A DNA stretch of 64,000 bases from an uncultured Chthonomonadaceae bacterium (GCA_963835065.1 CAWIEK010000041.1:146321-210320); one strand, 5' to 3'; numbered from the stretch's first letter, positions 21,760 through 33,673 are shown. Notes: generated from the sequence alone by a model not told the origin. Translations and numbers: made by a program.

Positions 21760-22110
21760 CTAGTTCTTCAAGGTGACAGTTCGGCGTTTCAGGTCGGCGA
21801 TGCTGACGAGGACGATGTAGCGCAGGCGGAACTCGCCGGGCGTACCGGGCGCGCTTAGTTTTTTGGCGTCACCGGTCAGGCTCTGGTACATCAGGTCGCG
21901 GGTTTCCAGATGGCGGCGCGACACGTCTTCGGGCAGCGAGTCGAGATCAACGTCAATGGCCGCTTGCTGGGTTTCGCCCGTCCCGTACAGTTTGAACACC
22001 GTGCCGGACAAATTCCGGTAATGTGAAAAATACAATCCGCTTTTCGCGTCGGCGGCAACCGCAGGCCGCTCCACAATCTTGACCGCTTCCCCCTCCTGCA
22101 AACGCAGCAT
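21760..22110 (-). CDS. Hypothetical 116-aa protein, copy 1
   Basis: SD GGAGGG, promoter TTGCAA-17-TATACT at 22207-22235; only synonymous differences from copy 2. Confidence 0.8.
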   Translation of the reverse strand: MLRLQEGEAVKIVERPAVAADAKSGLYFSHYRNLSGTVFKLYGTGETQQAAIDVDLDSLPEDVSRRHLETRDLMYQSLTGDAKKLSAPGTPGEFRLRYIVLVSIADLKRRTVTLKN

Positions 22111-22268
22111 GGTTCAACCCTCCTGATGGTAAACAAAAGACAAGCAAAATGGATGACGGCGGCAATGTTCCGGCACTACACACCGTCAAATGTATACTAC
22201 ATACTTAGTATAGCAGCCGGAAGGGAGGATTGCAACATTGCAAGGTGACGTTGCATGATTTGTACTTG

Positions 22269-23516
22269 ATTACTCAGCCGCCTGAAATAGTGGCTTGCAT
22301 GACGCGTTTTTCCTGGCCCATTTGATAGTTACATTCGCCAAAATAGCGGCAAGGTTTCTTTTGGAATGGAATGTGAAAACGCTGTGATTAGAGCCGCCTG
22401 ACGAACGCCCAAAGCGCACTGCCGAATCCACGCATCCGGCTTCTCCTTGTTGTGGCTCTGCAAATACGATTGATATAGTTGGTAGCCTACCTCGGAACAG
22501 AAATTTATAGCGCGTTGCCGTTTGTCTTCATTTGTCCAGCCTGTAAAAGCAACCGGGGAAATATACTGGTCAGGATGAACTAAACAGTCCTGCTCATCGC
22601 ACAGCGCATCAGACTTCAGCGCCTGAATCCCTACAGGCGTCAAAATCGGCAGGTTGTCCGTTGTTCGTATATCTATGGTGATGTTGTTCATGTGATTTTC
22701 GCCAAGGTAGCGTTCCAAAAACGTCAAAGCGTAGTTTGTTGTCAATGCTACGCGCAACTGGATTTCGGCGCTTGTCAACATAGCGGCATCGGGTAACTTC
22801 ACTGCTTTCGCCTTGGCCGGATCAGTTACGCCTGTTAATCCTCCTAGAACTCGTGACATTTCGTTGCCGGTAATAAGACAATCTTCAACATAGAGAACGT
22901 TTTTGTACCCCTCAATAAGAGCCTCTCTAATGTAGAGCAAAGGCATGTTCAACTGATTTAGTTCAGGAGCGGCTAACTGCTTTTTAACCAAGTTTGCAAT
23001 AACACCAGCGCTTTTACCGGCTTCGGCATGTTGATTGACGCAGATACAATCAATGCCTGCTAATCCTTTTTTGTTGATACGCAGCGCCTTTCGCACACGC
23101 GCTTCTGACCAGAAATCTAATCGCCTTAACAATTCTTCTGCAATCCACGCGGCGCCATCTAATTTATCGAACTGCTCTATCCAGGCATCCAGCGCATTTC
23201 TGTCAACTTCCCCATGCCGCCAGGCATTGCGCAATGTATCCTCGATTTTGCTCGACCAATCCAGTCTCAGTTGTTTCAACGTGTGTGGTAAAGCTGCGCG
23301 CAACAAGTTTGTAATGTTTGCCGGACGATTTAGAAAGCCACGTTCTGTAATACGGGCGGGCACAATCTTTATATCGTTGGGTACTAAAATATGGGGAAAG
23401 TGTGTGGGCAGGTTTGCCTCAATCGTTTGTGTAACAAAGGAAGCATGTGTTGAACGCTTCTGAGGTATTACAACCATCTGAATGATCTTCTCATCTTCCC
23501 AACTTTCAGAGGTCAA
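22269..23516 (-). pseudogene. PRTase-like protein copy 2, C-terminus disrupted near 22340
   Basis: Near-identical to copy 1 until LPLFW, then indels. Confidence 0.7.
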
Positions 23517-24166
23517 GCGGCACAGTACCTCATGCGCTTTAGCCTTATTTACATCTTGGCATACAACAATAACATGCGCCTGTCCTTTCTTCAGCGGGTT
23601 TCGACATTTTCTAACAGACCTCCATGCCTGTCAAATTTGCAGCACATGCCAAAGCAAGAAAGCCCTACCATCTATATAGACAGTAGGACTCTCTTAAAAC
23701 AAGATGCAGGAATTTTGTACTGCGGCCACTCTACAAATTCCTAGTGGCAAGAGTCAGGAAGCACCGATCCGCCCACGATGGTATTGGTTGTTAAAACCTT
23801 GCTCATAACAGCCCTATAAAGACTGTCAAGTCCCCAGCACTGCGCAAATTCGCCTTCCCATCGCCCATATATAGTATAGGCTATAAAGTCTGCTTTGTCA
23901 AGACCAACGGGCGCAATTTTTGTGGTGAAGTTATCGGTATTAAGATTAGCAATTCACAGGCACTGGCGCGAACCTTGACTATCCCGGTTCGTATAACAAC
24001 AGCGTGGCAGGTATGACGCAAGATACTGCCGCCACTTTCTACAAAAATTACCCTTTTGCTGCCGACAATAGAACAAACGCTGAATGATGAATGATGAATG
24101 ATGAATGAATTGGATTTTGTTCATCACTCATCACTCAGCATTCAGCATTTCCTTTGAGGAGTATAC

Positions 24167-26734
24167 ATGCCTACCGTTCATGCTTTTCACGTCGTGCCCG
24201 CGCTGCCCGACTCGCTTGACCGCCTGCGCGAACTGGCGTTCAATATCCAATGGGCCTGGAACCATGAGGCCATCGAACTGTTCCGAAGACTGGACCGCGA
24301 CCTGTGGGAAAGCAGCGGGCACAACCCCGTCCGCATGTTGGGCACGATTTCACAGGAGCGATTGCGCGAAATCGCGCAGGATGACGGCTTTCTGGCCGAA
24401 CTGGACCGGGTTCGTTATGGCCTGGAAAACTATCTGAAAGCGCAAAACACGTGGTTTACGCGCAACTGGAAAGACAAAGTTTCGCCCGACACGCGCATTG
24501 CCTACTTTTCTATGGAATTCGGCATGACGGAGTGCTTGCCGATTTATTCCGGCGGTTTGGGCGTTCTTTCCGGGGATCATCTTAAGTCGTCGAGCGATCT
24601 GGGATTGCCGCTTGTGGGCGTCGGCTTGCTGTACCAGCAGGGCTATTTCCGGCAGTTCCTCAACGCGGAAGGCTGGCAGCAGGAGCGCTACCCGACCAAC
24701 GATTTTTACAACATGCCGATGCAGTTGCAGACGGACGCGAACGGCAAGCCCCTGCGCATTTGCGTGGAGTTTCCGGGCCGCAACGTGTACGCGCAAATCT
24801 GGAAAATCGCCGTTGGGCGCATCCCGCTGTATCTGCTCGACACCAACATTGACGCCAACAACTACGAAGACCAGAACATCACGGATCAGTTGTACGGCGG
24901 CGATACGGAAATGCGCTTGAAGCAGGAGTTGATTTTGGGCATCGGCGGGATGCGCGCTTTGAACGCGCTGGACATTCAGCCGACCATCTGCCACATGAAC
25001 GAAGGCCACTCGGCGTTTATGGCGTTTGAGCGCACCCGCATGTTGATGCAGCAGAACGGCTGCGACTACTGGCATGCCCGCGAAGCCACCGCTGCGGGCA
25101 ATCTGTTCACCACGCACACGCCCGTTCCCGCCGGCTTCGATATGTTCCCGCCTGACCTGCTGGGCCGCTATTTCGGCGGCTATATCGGGCAGCTTGGCAT
25201 TACGTTCAATGAGTTTATCAACCTGGGCCGCTACCACGAATACAACACGGACGAAAAGTTTAATATGGCGATCATGGCGCTGCGCCACGCGCACCACGTC
25301 AACGGCGTCAGCAAACTGCACGGCAAAGTAACGCGGCGCATGGTGCAAATCGGCTTTCCGCAGTTCCCGGAAGAGGAAGTGCCGGTCAGCAGCGTCACGA
25401 ACGGCATCCACGCGCGCTCGTTCACATCCCGCGAAATGGCGAACGTGCTGGATCAGTATTTAGGCGGGCGCTGGTCGCAGGACGTGAGCGGCGAGGGCGT
25501 GTGGAGCAAGATAAACAGCATCCCGGACGAGGAAATCTGGCGCGTGAAGCAGCGTCGGCGCGAAAAACTGGTGCAGTTTGCGCGCGAACGGCTGAAACTG
25601 CAATACGAGCAGCGGGGCATGAGCGAGTACGAAATCCGCCGGACGCGCGAAATCCTGCACCCGGACGCGCTGACCATCGGCTTCGCCCGCCGCTTCGCCA
25701 CCTACAAACGCGCTACCCTCCTGCTGTCCGACCCCGAACGGCTGATTAAGATGTTGACGGACGCGGATCGTCCCGTGCAGATTATCATGGCGGGCAAGGC
25801 GCACCCCAAGGATGATGGCGGCAAGCATCTGATTCAGGAAATCGTGCAGTTTGCCCGCAAATCCGACGCGCGCCACCGCTTTGTCTTTCTGGAAGATTAC
25901 GACCTTGCCCTTGCGCGGCAAATGGTGCAGGGCGTGGATGTGTGGCTCAATACGCCCCGCCGCCCGATGGAAGCCAGCGGCACGAGCGGCATGAAAGTGC
26001 TTGCCAACGGCGGCCTGAACCTTTCCATTCCCGACGGCTGGTGGGCGGAAGTGGAGGAAAAGGGCGTGGGCTGGTTCATCGGCAAGGGCGAGGATTACGC
26101 CGACCCGGACGAGCAGGATCGGGTAGAAGCCCGCGTCCTTTACGACATTCTGGAAAAAGAAGTCGTGCCCCTGTTTTACGACCGGGCGGGCGACAGCCTG
26201 CCGCGCGGCTGGATGTCCCGCGTGAAAAACTCCATGAGCCAGTTGTGTCCCAAGTTCAACACGCACCGCATGGTGTCGGAGTACGCCACGAGTTTCTACT
26301 TCCCGGCAACCGAGCGGTTCCAGCGCTTGACGCAGGACGGTTTGGGGCAGGCAAAAGAACTGGTGGACTGGAAGAACCGCGTCCGCGATAAATGGGGCCA
26401 ACTGCACATTGACAACGTGGAATCGCAAAAAACGGGCGACGACACGATTTCCGCCGGGCAGTCGGTGCATATCAAGGCGTCCGTGCAATTGGGCGACCTG
26501 ACGCCCCGCGACATTATTGTTCAAGCCTACTACGGCGCGCTCGACTTCAACCACCAGATTACGAGCGGAACCGCCGTGCCGATGGAATGGACGGGCGCGC
26601 AGGACGGGCGCAACATCTACGAGGGCGACCTGCCCACGACCAACAGCGGGATGCAGGGCTTTTCCGTGCGCGTCCTGCCCACGCACCCCGACGCCCTGAT
26701 GCCTATCGAACTGCCGCTCATTACGTGGGAGTAG
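24167..26734 (+). CDS. glgP: Alpha-glucan (glycogen/maltodextrin) phosphorylase, intact
   Basis: YSGGLGVLSGD, FARRFATYKR, PLP motif EASGTSGMK; SD GAGGAG. Confidence 0.96.
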   Translation: MPTVHAFHVVPALPDSLDRLRELAFNIQWAWNHEAIELFRRLDRDLWESSGHNPVRMLGTISQERLREIAQDDGFLAELDRVRYGLENYLKAQNTWFTRNWKDKVSPDTRIAYFSMEFGMTECLPIYSGGLGVLSGDHLKSSSDLGLPLVGVGLLYQQGYFRQFLNAEGWQQERYPTNDFYNMPMQLQTDANGKPLRICVEFPGRNVYAQIWKIAVGRIPLYLLDTNIDANNYEDQNITDQLYGGDTEMRLKQELILGIGGMRALNALDIQPTICHMNEGHSAFMAFERTRMLMQQNGCDYWHAREATAAGNLFTTHTPVPAGFDMFPPDLLGRYFGGYIGQLGITFNEFINLGRYHEYNTDEKFNMAIMALRHAHHVNGVSKLHGKVTRRMVQIGFPQFPEEEVPVSSVTNGIHARSFTSREMANVLDQYLGGRWSQDVSGEGVWSKINSIPDEEIWRVKQRRREKLVQFARERLKLQYEQRGMSEYEIRRTREILHPDALTIGFARRFATYKRATLLLSDPERLIKMLTDADRPVQIIMAGKAHPKDDGGKHLIQEIVQFARKSDARHRFVFLEDYDLALARQMVQGVDVWLNTPRRPMEASGTSGMKVLANGGLNLSIPDGWWAEVEEKGVGWFIGKGEDYADPDEQDRVEARVLYDILEKEVVPLFYDRAGDSLPRGWMSRVKNSMSQLCPKFNTHRMVSEYATSFYFPATERFQRLTQDGLGQAKELVDWKNRVRDKWGQLHIDNVESQKTGDDTISAGQSVHIKASVQLGDLTPRDIIVQAYYGALDFNHQITSGTAVPMEWTGAQDGRNIYEGDLPTTNSGMQGFSVRVLPTHPDALMPIELPLITWE

Positions 26735-26890
26735 GAGAAGATTCACCACCCGCTGCGCTAGAGACACAGAGACACAGAGGTTTCACTGAGAAAAGAAAAA
26801 CGTCGCGGTTCCCATCACTCCTCTTCTCCTTTTCTTCCTCTGTGTTCCCTCTCTGTGTCTCTGTGTCTCTAGCGCAGCGGGTGGTTCATT

Positions 26891-27241
26891 CTAGTTCTTC
26901 AAGGTGACAGTTCGGCGTTTCAGGTCGGCGATGCTGACGAGGACGATGTAGCGCAGGCGGAACTCGCCGGGCGTACCGGGCGCGCTTAGTTTTTTGGCGT
27001 CACCGGTCAGGCTCTGGTACATCAGGTCGCGGGTTTCCAGATGGCGGCGCGACACGTCTTCCGGCAGCGAGTCGAGGTCAACGTCAATGGCGGCTTGCTG
27101 CGTTTCGCCCGTGCCGTACAGTTTGAAAACCGTGCCGGACAAATTCCGGTAATGTGAAAAATACAATCCGCTTTTCGCGTCGGCGGCAACCGCAGGCCGC
27201 TCCACAATCTTGACCGCTTCCCCCTCCTGCAAGCGCAGCAT
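26891..27241 (-). CDS. Hypothetical 116-aa protein, copy 2
   Basis: Same protein as 21760-22110. Confidence 0.8.
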   Translation of the reverse strand: MLRLQEGEAVKIVERPAVAADAKSGLYFSHYRNLSGTVFKLYGTGETQQAAIDVDLDSLPEDVSRRHLETRDLMYQSLTGDAKKLSAPGTPGEFRLRYIVLVSIADLKRRTVTLKN

Positions 27242-27368
27242 GGTTCAACCCTCCTGATGGTAAACAAAAGACAAGCAAAATGGATGACGGCGGCAATGTT
27301 CCGGCACTACACACCGTCAAATGTATACTACATACTTAGTATAGCAGCCGGAAAGGAGGATTGCAACA

Positions 27369-28365
27369 TCAGGAGGACAATGAAATTATTTTTTGCGCAA
27401 GGTATACAAATGGCGCTTTTGGACGTATAATAGTTTGTGCCTGATCAGGCACACCGCCCAACCGTGGAGACGTTGACAATGCCTGCAAGGCGTCAACGAA
27501 GTCAGGGCCAGCCTGCCGCTTTTGAAATCCGTTTGTGGAAGGGTTGTTTGACCACGCAAGTTGTCCCAGCGGCTTACCTCCGCTCAGACTTAAATCCCTG
27601 GCCGTGTTGTTTTCATAAACCGTTTTTGCTAAAATGGCGAGCTTTCCATCCGAGGAGACTGCGCCATGACTGGACATGTGGCGGGAGTCAAGATCAGCTT
27701 CTGGCTGCTCTGTCCCATCTCACGAGTGGCCGAGACTTGAAGCCAAGCGATTTGAATGCCTTGGCCGCAGTCTCTATAGGCTTCCACGATGTGTGCAAGG
27801 CGGAAATCGTGGCATGAAGTTCCTTATCTGTGAAGGGATGTGGCTGCCCGGTCGCAACGGGAACGGCATAATAAGGCTGTTTTTGCGGTACCCCTGCTTT
27901 AGAAACCAGACGTGTGCGAAACCAGATTTCATCGGCATTTAGCCAATCACAATCTTCATAGAACGCGCGTGAAGGATTGCTCACGTTCACGAGAAGCCTG
28001 CCATCGCGGACATCGTAGACGCAGAGTGCCGAATATGCTCCGTCTCGCCAGATTCCGATCCAATGACACATCAGAAAACGTAAATCGGGCGAGAGAATGG
28101 CAGATACTAATCTTGGCGCTCGGTCTCGGTCTCGTTTGAGTGCGGTCTCATCCAGTTTGAGCGCATCATTTTGCAGATTTACCACCTGTGGGCTACTGAT
28201 CCCATTTTGGCCCGGCAGGCCAACGTAATGCCGAAGGGTCATGTAGGCGGGTATGCCGGACACTGTCCATACTTCAACTCCCTGCTGTGTGTTCGCGTAG
28301 CATGTGTTGCTAAGGCAGATAAGGAACAAGAAAGGTATTAGTCGGTAAAGGCATGTGATGTGCAT
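27369..28365 (-). CDS. Secreted hypothetical protein, probable frameshift near 27700
   Basis: SD AGGAGA, signal peptide, propeller-like LSPD and VSSDGK motifs in two consecutive ORFs. Confidence 0.5.
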
Positions 28366-28787
28366 TTGTATTTCTCCTGAATTGGCGCGTTCTTCCATGC
28401 CCATCGGCGCTTTCAACTTACCTGTTAATGGCAGCCTGGGCTTGTGCTTCCATAAAGCGCGAAGCGGGTTGTTAGCAGAATACTCCTATATTCACGTTCT
28501 TCGACACTTCTCCTGCTCGTAAGAAACCGCCTGGGTATCTCACAAATGCTAAGATTGTCAGTTTTGATACTGTCCGAATAGCGTTTATTTTATCCTTTGC
28601 GCCTCGTCCGTCAAAACTGCTTGCGGAACAGGGTTGCCATAAGAGCATCTTAAGCCGTTATAATGAAACTACCCTTGTGTTCAATTGTCTTATAAAGCAG
28701 GATTGAAGCCCACGCCGTTGCCATTCGCTGCTTAGCGGCGCTTATATTTGCCTGCTTTTGCCCTGTTACTTACTGCCGAGGAAATTT

Positions 28788-30227
28788 ATGCGTTTGTCAC
28801 ACAACTTTTCAATCCTCTCCACTTTTACCCTTCGCGCCTGCTGCTGCTGAGTGCGCTGGCGGGAACATTGCTGCCGCCTTTACCTTGCGCCCGCCCGCGC
28901 TGACGATGCCAAGCCTGCGCTGCCAATTGCGCCCATCAGTTATTACAAGCAGATTCGTCCGCTCATTCAGGCCAAGTGTCAGGGCTGCCATCAGGCCAGT
29001 ATTCCGAGCGGCAAGTACGTGATGACTTCCTATGCCGACGTGATGAAGGGCGGGGCGAGCGGGGCGTGTATCGTCCGCAAAAAGCCCGAAACTAGCCCGG
29101 TGATGGAATATCTGACGGGCAAGCGCGACCTGATGCCCAAAGGCGGGCCGCCGCTTTCCAATCAGGAATTGGCGTTGTTCCGTTCGTGGATCGCGCAGGG
29201 CGCAGCCGATGATTCGCCCGTCATCAAAGACACCATTGACGCCGCGCACCCGCCCGTGTACATCAAGCCGCCCGTGATTACCGCGCTTGCGTTTGCCAAT
29301 GACGGCAAAACGCTGGCGGTATCGGGGTATCGGGAAATTCTGCTGCACAAGGCGGACGGTTCCGGCCTGATTGCGCGGCTTATCGGGCAGTCCGAAAAGA
29401 TTTTATCGCTTGCGTATTCGCCTGACGGCAAGCTGCTGGCGGCTGTCGGCGGTTCCCCGGCGCGTTCGGGCGAGATTCAGTTTTGGGATACCACGACAAA
29501 CCAGGCCGTGAATACGGTTCAAATGACGGCTGATACCCTGTTCGGCGCGTCGTTTTCGCCCGACAGCAAGGATTTGGCGTTCGGGTGCGCCGACAACAGC
29601 CTGCGAGTGGTTGCGGTTCCCGATGGACGGCAACTGATGCGGCTGGACAACCACAGCGATTGGGTGTTTGCCACCGCGTTCATGGAGGACGACAAGCACA
29701 ACCTGCATGTGTTAAGCACGGGGCGCGACTCGGCCATCAAATTGACGCAGGTGCAGGGCGCGTCGTTCATTGATGACATCAACACGCACACCAGCCCGTA
29801 TCGCTGCATGGCGCGTAACCCCAAAGCGGATCAAGTGGTCTGCGCCGGTGACGACGGCATCCCGCGCCTGTACAAAGTGTTCCGCACATCCGTTCGCACG
29901 ATGAATCAGGAAGACCACAATCTGCTGCGCATGTTCGAGCGGCAGCCCGGTGTCGCCACCTGCATCGCGTTCAGCCCCGATGGTACAATGATTGCGGTGG
30001 GCGGCGAAGCCGAAGTCGTAAACGTGTACAAAGCGGCGGACGGCGCGAAGGTCGCCACACTGAAAGGCCATTCCGGCGTTTTGTACGCCCTGACCTTCAG
30101 CCCCGACAGCAAGCAACTGGCAACGGGCGGCTTCGACGGCCAAGTCCGCCTGTACAACCTGCCCAAAGGCGAACTCGCCAAAGCCTTTACGCCCGTCCCA
30201 CTCGCCATCAAACGCGCATCAAAGTAA
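28788..30227 (+). CDS. Planctomycete-type cytochrome c (PSCyt1) + WD40 repeat protein; signal-peptide region frameshifted
   Basis: IRPLIQAKCQGCH, MPKGGPPL..WIAQGA, WD40 repeats. Confidence 0.88.
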
Positions 30228-30274
30228 GATGTTTTTTTCTATTTTACTTCGGACTTATCGAGGATAATGCTCTT

Positions 30275-32755
30275 ATGCCTACATTACGAACTTTGTTTTT
30301 GCCGTTTCTGGCGGCTTGCTGTACGCTGGTTGCCGTTGCCCATGCGGAAGAAGCGGCTCCGAAAAAGCCCACCCTGCCTAAAATCGTCAGTCTGTCCGTG
30401 CAGCCTGCTTCGCTGACGCTGATGGACAGCCGGGACGCGCGCTCGTTTATCGTGACGGGCAAAACCACGTCGGGATACGCGGTAGATTTGTCATCGCTTG
30501 CAATCGTGAAGCCTGCCGCGCCGATTGTGCGCGTGGATAAGGATGGGTACGTGCAGCCGGTCAAGACGGGCGCAACGCGGCTGACGGTTTCCGCAGCGGG
30601 GCAGACGGCGAGCGTGCCTGTCGTGGTGAAAAGCGTGTCCGCGCCGCCCATCAGTTTCGTGCGCGACGTGGAGCCGATTTTGAGCAAGGCCGGCTGCAAC
30701 GCGGGCACGTGTCACGGCTCGGCAAAGGGCAAGAACGGCTTCAAGCTGAGTCTGCGCGGCTACGACCCCGATTACGATCACCACGCCCTCATTGACGACA
30801 TCGAAGCGCGGCGCTTCAACCGCACCGCCCCGGCGCAATCGCTGATGCTGCTCAAGCCGATTGGCGAAGTGCCGCATCAGGGCGGGCAAGCGATTATTCC
30901 CAACTCGCGCTATTACGCCATTTTGAAGCAGTGGATCAGCGAGGGAGTGGTTTCCGATACCGGCAGGACAAAGCGCGTGGCAAGTCTGGAAGTGCTGCCC
31001 ACGATTCCCAACCTCACGCTTCCCGGCCTGACGCAGAAGACGCTGGTTCTGGCGCATTACCCGGATGGCACGACAAGAGATGTAACCCGCGAGGCCGTGC
31101 TGACAAGCAGTATGCCCGAAACCGCAACCGTGAAGCCAACCGGCGAGATTACCGCTGTTCGGAGGGGGGAAGCGGCTCTGCTCGTGCGCTACGAAGGCAC
31201 GTATGCCACTACGCCGCTTACCGTTTTGGGAGACCGAACGGGCTACAAGTGGGCGAAGGTTACGGACAACAACTACATTGACGCGCTGGTAGACAAGAAA
31301 CTGCAAAAGATCAAGGCGTTGCCGTCCGGCCTGTGCGACGATGCCACGTTCCTGCGCCGCGTTTCTATTGACCTGACCGGCCTACCGCCCACCTCGGACG
31401 CCGCCCGCGCGTTCATTGAAGACAAAACGCCTACGCAGATGAAGCGCGAAAAGATGATTGACGCGCTGCTGGCTTCGCCCGCGTTTGCGGATCGCTGGAC
31501 CAACAAATGGGCCGACCTGCTGGACTGCAACAGCAAATTTTTGGGCGACAAGGGCGTCCGCAAGTTCCGCAACTGGATACATTCTGCGGTTGCCGAAAAC
31601 ATGCCCTATGACAAGTTCGTCCGCGCCATGATTACCGCAACCGGTGACGCTTACGAGAACGCGCCCGCCAACTATTTGCGCGTCGTCCGCGATACGTCTA
31701 CGGCAACCGAAAACGTCACGCAGTTGTTTTTGGGCGTCCGCTTTTCCTGCAACAAGTGCCACGACCATCCCTTCGAGCGCTGGACGCAGAACCAGTATTA
31801 CCAGTTCGGCGCGTTCTTCTCGCAGGTCAGCTTCAAGCCGGGAACGCAGCCGGGAGACGAGGTGGTGTACGATAAAGCGGGAACTGAAGTGATGCACCCG
31901 AAAACCGCGATGGCCGTTGCGCCCCTGGTTCCCGTCGGGCATCTGGCACACACAGCGGACTTCAAAACCGGAACCGAGCGCCGGGACGCTTTTGCCGACT
32001 GGCTCACGTCCAAAGACAACCCGTTCTTTTCGCGGGCGATGGTAAACCGGCTGTGGAGCTACTTCCTGGGCAAAGGCATCATTGACCCGGTTGACGACAT
32101 TCGCGCCTCCAACCCGCCGAGCAACCCGGAACTGCTGGAAATGCTGAACAAGGATTTCGTGACCAGCGGCTTCGACCTGAAATACATGATGCGGCAAATC
32201 GTCTTGTCTCGAACCTATCAGGCGTCCATCCAGAGCAATAAGTGGAACGCGGACGACAAGAACAACTTTTCCCACGCCCTGCCGCGCCGCCTGGAAGCCG
32301 AACAGCTTTACGACGCCATTCACATGGCAACGGGCACGGACGCGCAATTCGTCGGCCTGCCGACGGGAACGTTCGCCCAGGCCCTGCCCGACGCCAAATC
32401 CGCTGCGGGGGATGGCTTTCTCGACCTGTTCGGCAAGCCCGCCCGCGACACGCCCTGCGAGTGTGAGCGTTCCAGCACGGTCAGTCTGGGACAGGCCCTC
32501 AACCTCATCAACGGCCCGACCATTTCCGACGCCATTGCCGCCCCGACAGGCCGGTTGGCGCTGCTGATGAAGCCCAGCCCCTCCGACCAGAAGCTGGTGG
32601 AAGAGATATTCCTGTCCGTCGTGTCGCGCCTGCCAACCGCAAAGGAAATGACCAACGCGCAAGACCACCTCAAAAAGTCGGCAACGCGCATGGAAGGCGC
32701 GCAGGACTTGATGTGGGCGCTCATCAACAGCCCCGCCTTCCTCTTCAACCGCTAA
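30275..32755 (+). CDS. DUF1549/DUF1553 (PSCyt2/PSD1) protein with Ig-like domains
   Basis: GCNAGTCHG, FLRRVSIDLTGLPP, CNKCHDHPFE, PSNPELL, WALINSPAFLFN. Confidence 0.92.
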   Translation: MPTLRTLFLPFLAACCTLVAVAHAEEAAPKKPTLPKIVSLSVQPASLTLMDSRDARSFIVTGKTTSGYAVDLSSLAIVKPAAPIVRVDKDGYVQPVKTGATRLTVSAAGQTASVPVVVKSVSAPPISFVRDVEPILSKAGCNAGTCHGSAKGKNGFKLSLRGYDPDYDHHALIDDIEARRFNRTAPAQSLMLLKPIGEVPHQGGQAIIPNSRYYAILKQWISEGVVSDTGRTKRVASLEVLPTIPNLTLPGLTQKTLVLAHYPDGTTRDVTREAVLTSSMPETATVKPTGEITAVRRGEAALLVRYEGTYATTPLTVLGDRTGYKWAKVTDNNYIDALVDKKLQKIKALPSGLCDDATFLRRVSIDLTGLPPTSDAARAFIEDKTPTQMKREKMIDALLASPAFADRWTNKWADLLDCNSKFLGDKGVRKFRNWIHSAVAENMPYDKFVRAMITATGDAYENAPANYLRVVRDTSTATENVTQLFLGVRFSCNKCHDHPFERWTQNQYYQFGAFFSQVSFKPGTQPGDEVVYDKAGTEVMHPKTAMAVAPLVPVGHLAHTADFKTGTERRDAFADWLTSKDNPFFSRAMVNRLWSYFLGKGIIDPVDDIRASNPPSNPELLEMLNKDFVTSGFDLKYMMRQIVLSRTYQASIQSNKWNADDKNNFSHALPRRLEAEQLYDAIHMATGTDAQFVGLPTGTFAQALPDAKSAAGDGFLDLFGKPARDTPCECERSSTVSLGQALNLINGPTISDAIAAPTGRLALLMKPSPSDQKLVEEIFLSVVSRLPTAKEMTNAQDHLKKSATRMEGAQDLMWALINSPAFLFNR

Positions 32756-32825
32756 TCGGCTTGTAATCGTTTGTGCGTAAGAGAAAAAACCTGCATCAAC
32801 GCGGCATCGTTGAAATCATAAAATC

Positions 32826-32870
32826 AAATCCATTCCTCCCCCGTGCATTAGCCGGGGGAGGAATGGATTT
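32826..32870. terminator. 18-bp-stem hairpin
   Basis: AAATCCATTCCTCCCCCG ... CGGGGGAGGAATGGATTT. Confidence 0.6.
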
Positions 32871-32887
32871 CTTGTTGGGAACCTTTT

Positions 32888-33673
32888 GTGTCCGCAAAAG
32901 GCTTTCCAATCAAAAACCTTCCGTTCTCCATCCTTCTTGATCTTGCGCGGTTTTCTATTGCCGAAGTGCTGGAATGCAGCGCCGCCCTGAGCAAAATCGG
33001 GGCAGGCGCGCGCAGCATGGAAGAACTCGCGCAGGCCATCGCCGCGTACCTGTACGACAATTTGGGCGAACCGCAAACAGGCGAGAAATCCTGCGCCCTC
33101 GCGCGCTTTTACAAAACGCACGACTTCGGGCAACTGCCGATTTTATTGCGCGGCTTTGCCCGAAATGCGGCAGGCGGCGTACCGATACAGCCGGAAACCA
33201 AATGCCTGACGCTGCTGGCGACGGTGGGCGACAGGCCGGAGTGGAATGACCGGGCGCGCTCCCTGCGCCATCAGGCGATTCCCCTGCTGAGTGAGCAAAT
33301 GGTGAGGCAGTCGCCGATGATTGCAAGTCTGATTCAGCAAATGGGCCTGCAAATCCGGGATGTGATCGCGCCCGGACAGGGCCTGCTGATGGAAGACGCC
33401 AATAAACGCAGCTACAACGTTTTTTACGTGCCGGAAGCCGGGGGCAGTCCCTACATTCCCGCGCAGCAGGATTTTGTCGCGCCGTATGGCATCCGCTCGG
33501 TCATCGGTTTCGGCGGTCTGCTACCCTCGCAGGAGTTATTTGTCGTGATTTTATTCTCCAAAACGGCGATTTCGGCGGAAGCGGCCAGCCTGTTCAAGTC
33601 CATTGCGCTGTCCGTAAAAGGCAGCCTGCTGCCGCTGGCGCGTGGAACGGTTTTTGCTTCCAAAACGGGGTAG
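32888..33673 (+). CDS. Conserved hypothetical protein (GAF-like sensor-type domain, stand-alone)
   Basis: CALARFYKT, GSPYIPAQQDFV..YGIRSVIGFGG motifs that I associate with sensor-kinase N-termini. Confidence 0.65.
   Translation: MSAKGFPIKNLPFSILLDLARFSIAEVLECSAALSKIGAGARSMEELAQAIAAYLYDNLGEPQTGEKSCALARFYKTHDFGQLPILLRGFARNAAGGVPIQPETKCLTLLATVGDRPEWNDRARSLRHQAIPLLSEQMVRQSPMIASLIQQMGLQIRDVIAPGQGLLMEDANKRSYNVFYVPEAGGSPYIPAQQDFVAPYGIRSVIGFGGLLPSQELFVVILFSKTAISAEAASLFKSIALSVKGSLLPLARGTVFASKTG

Larger units (their letters stand above)
17099..22238. repeat. Copy 1 of 5.1-kb tandem duplication
   Basis: Nearly identical to 22239-27369. Confidence 0.95.
22239..27369. repeat. Copy 2 of 5.1-kb tandem duplication
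   Basis: Head-to-tail with copy 1. Confidence 0.95.
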
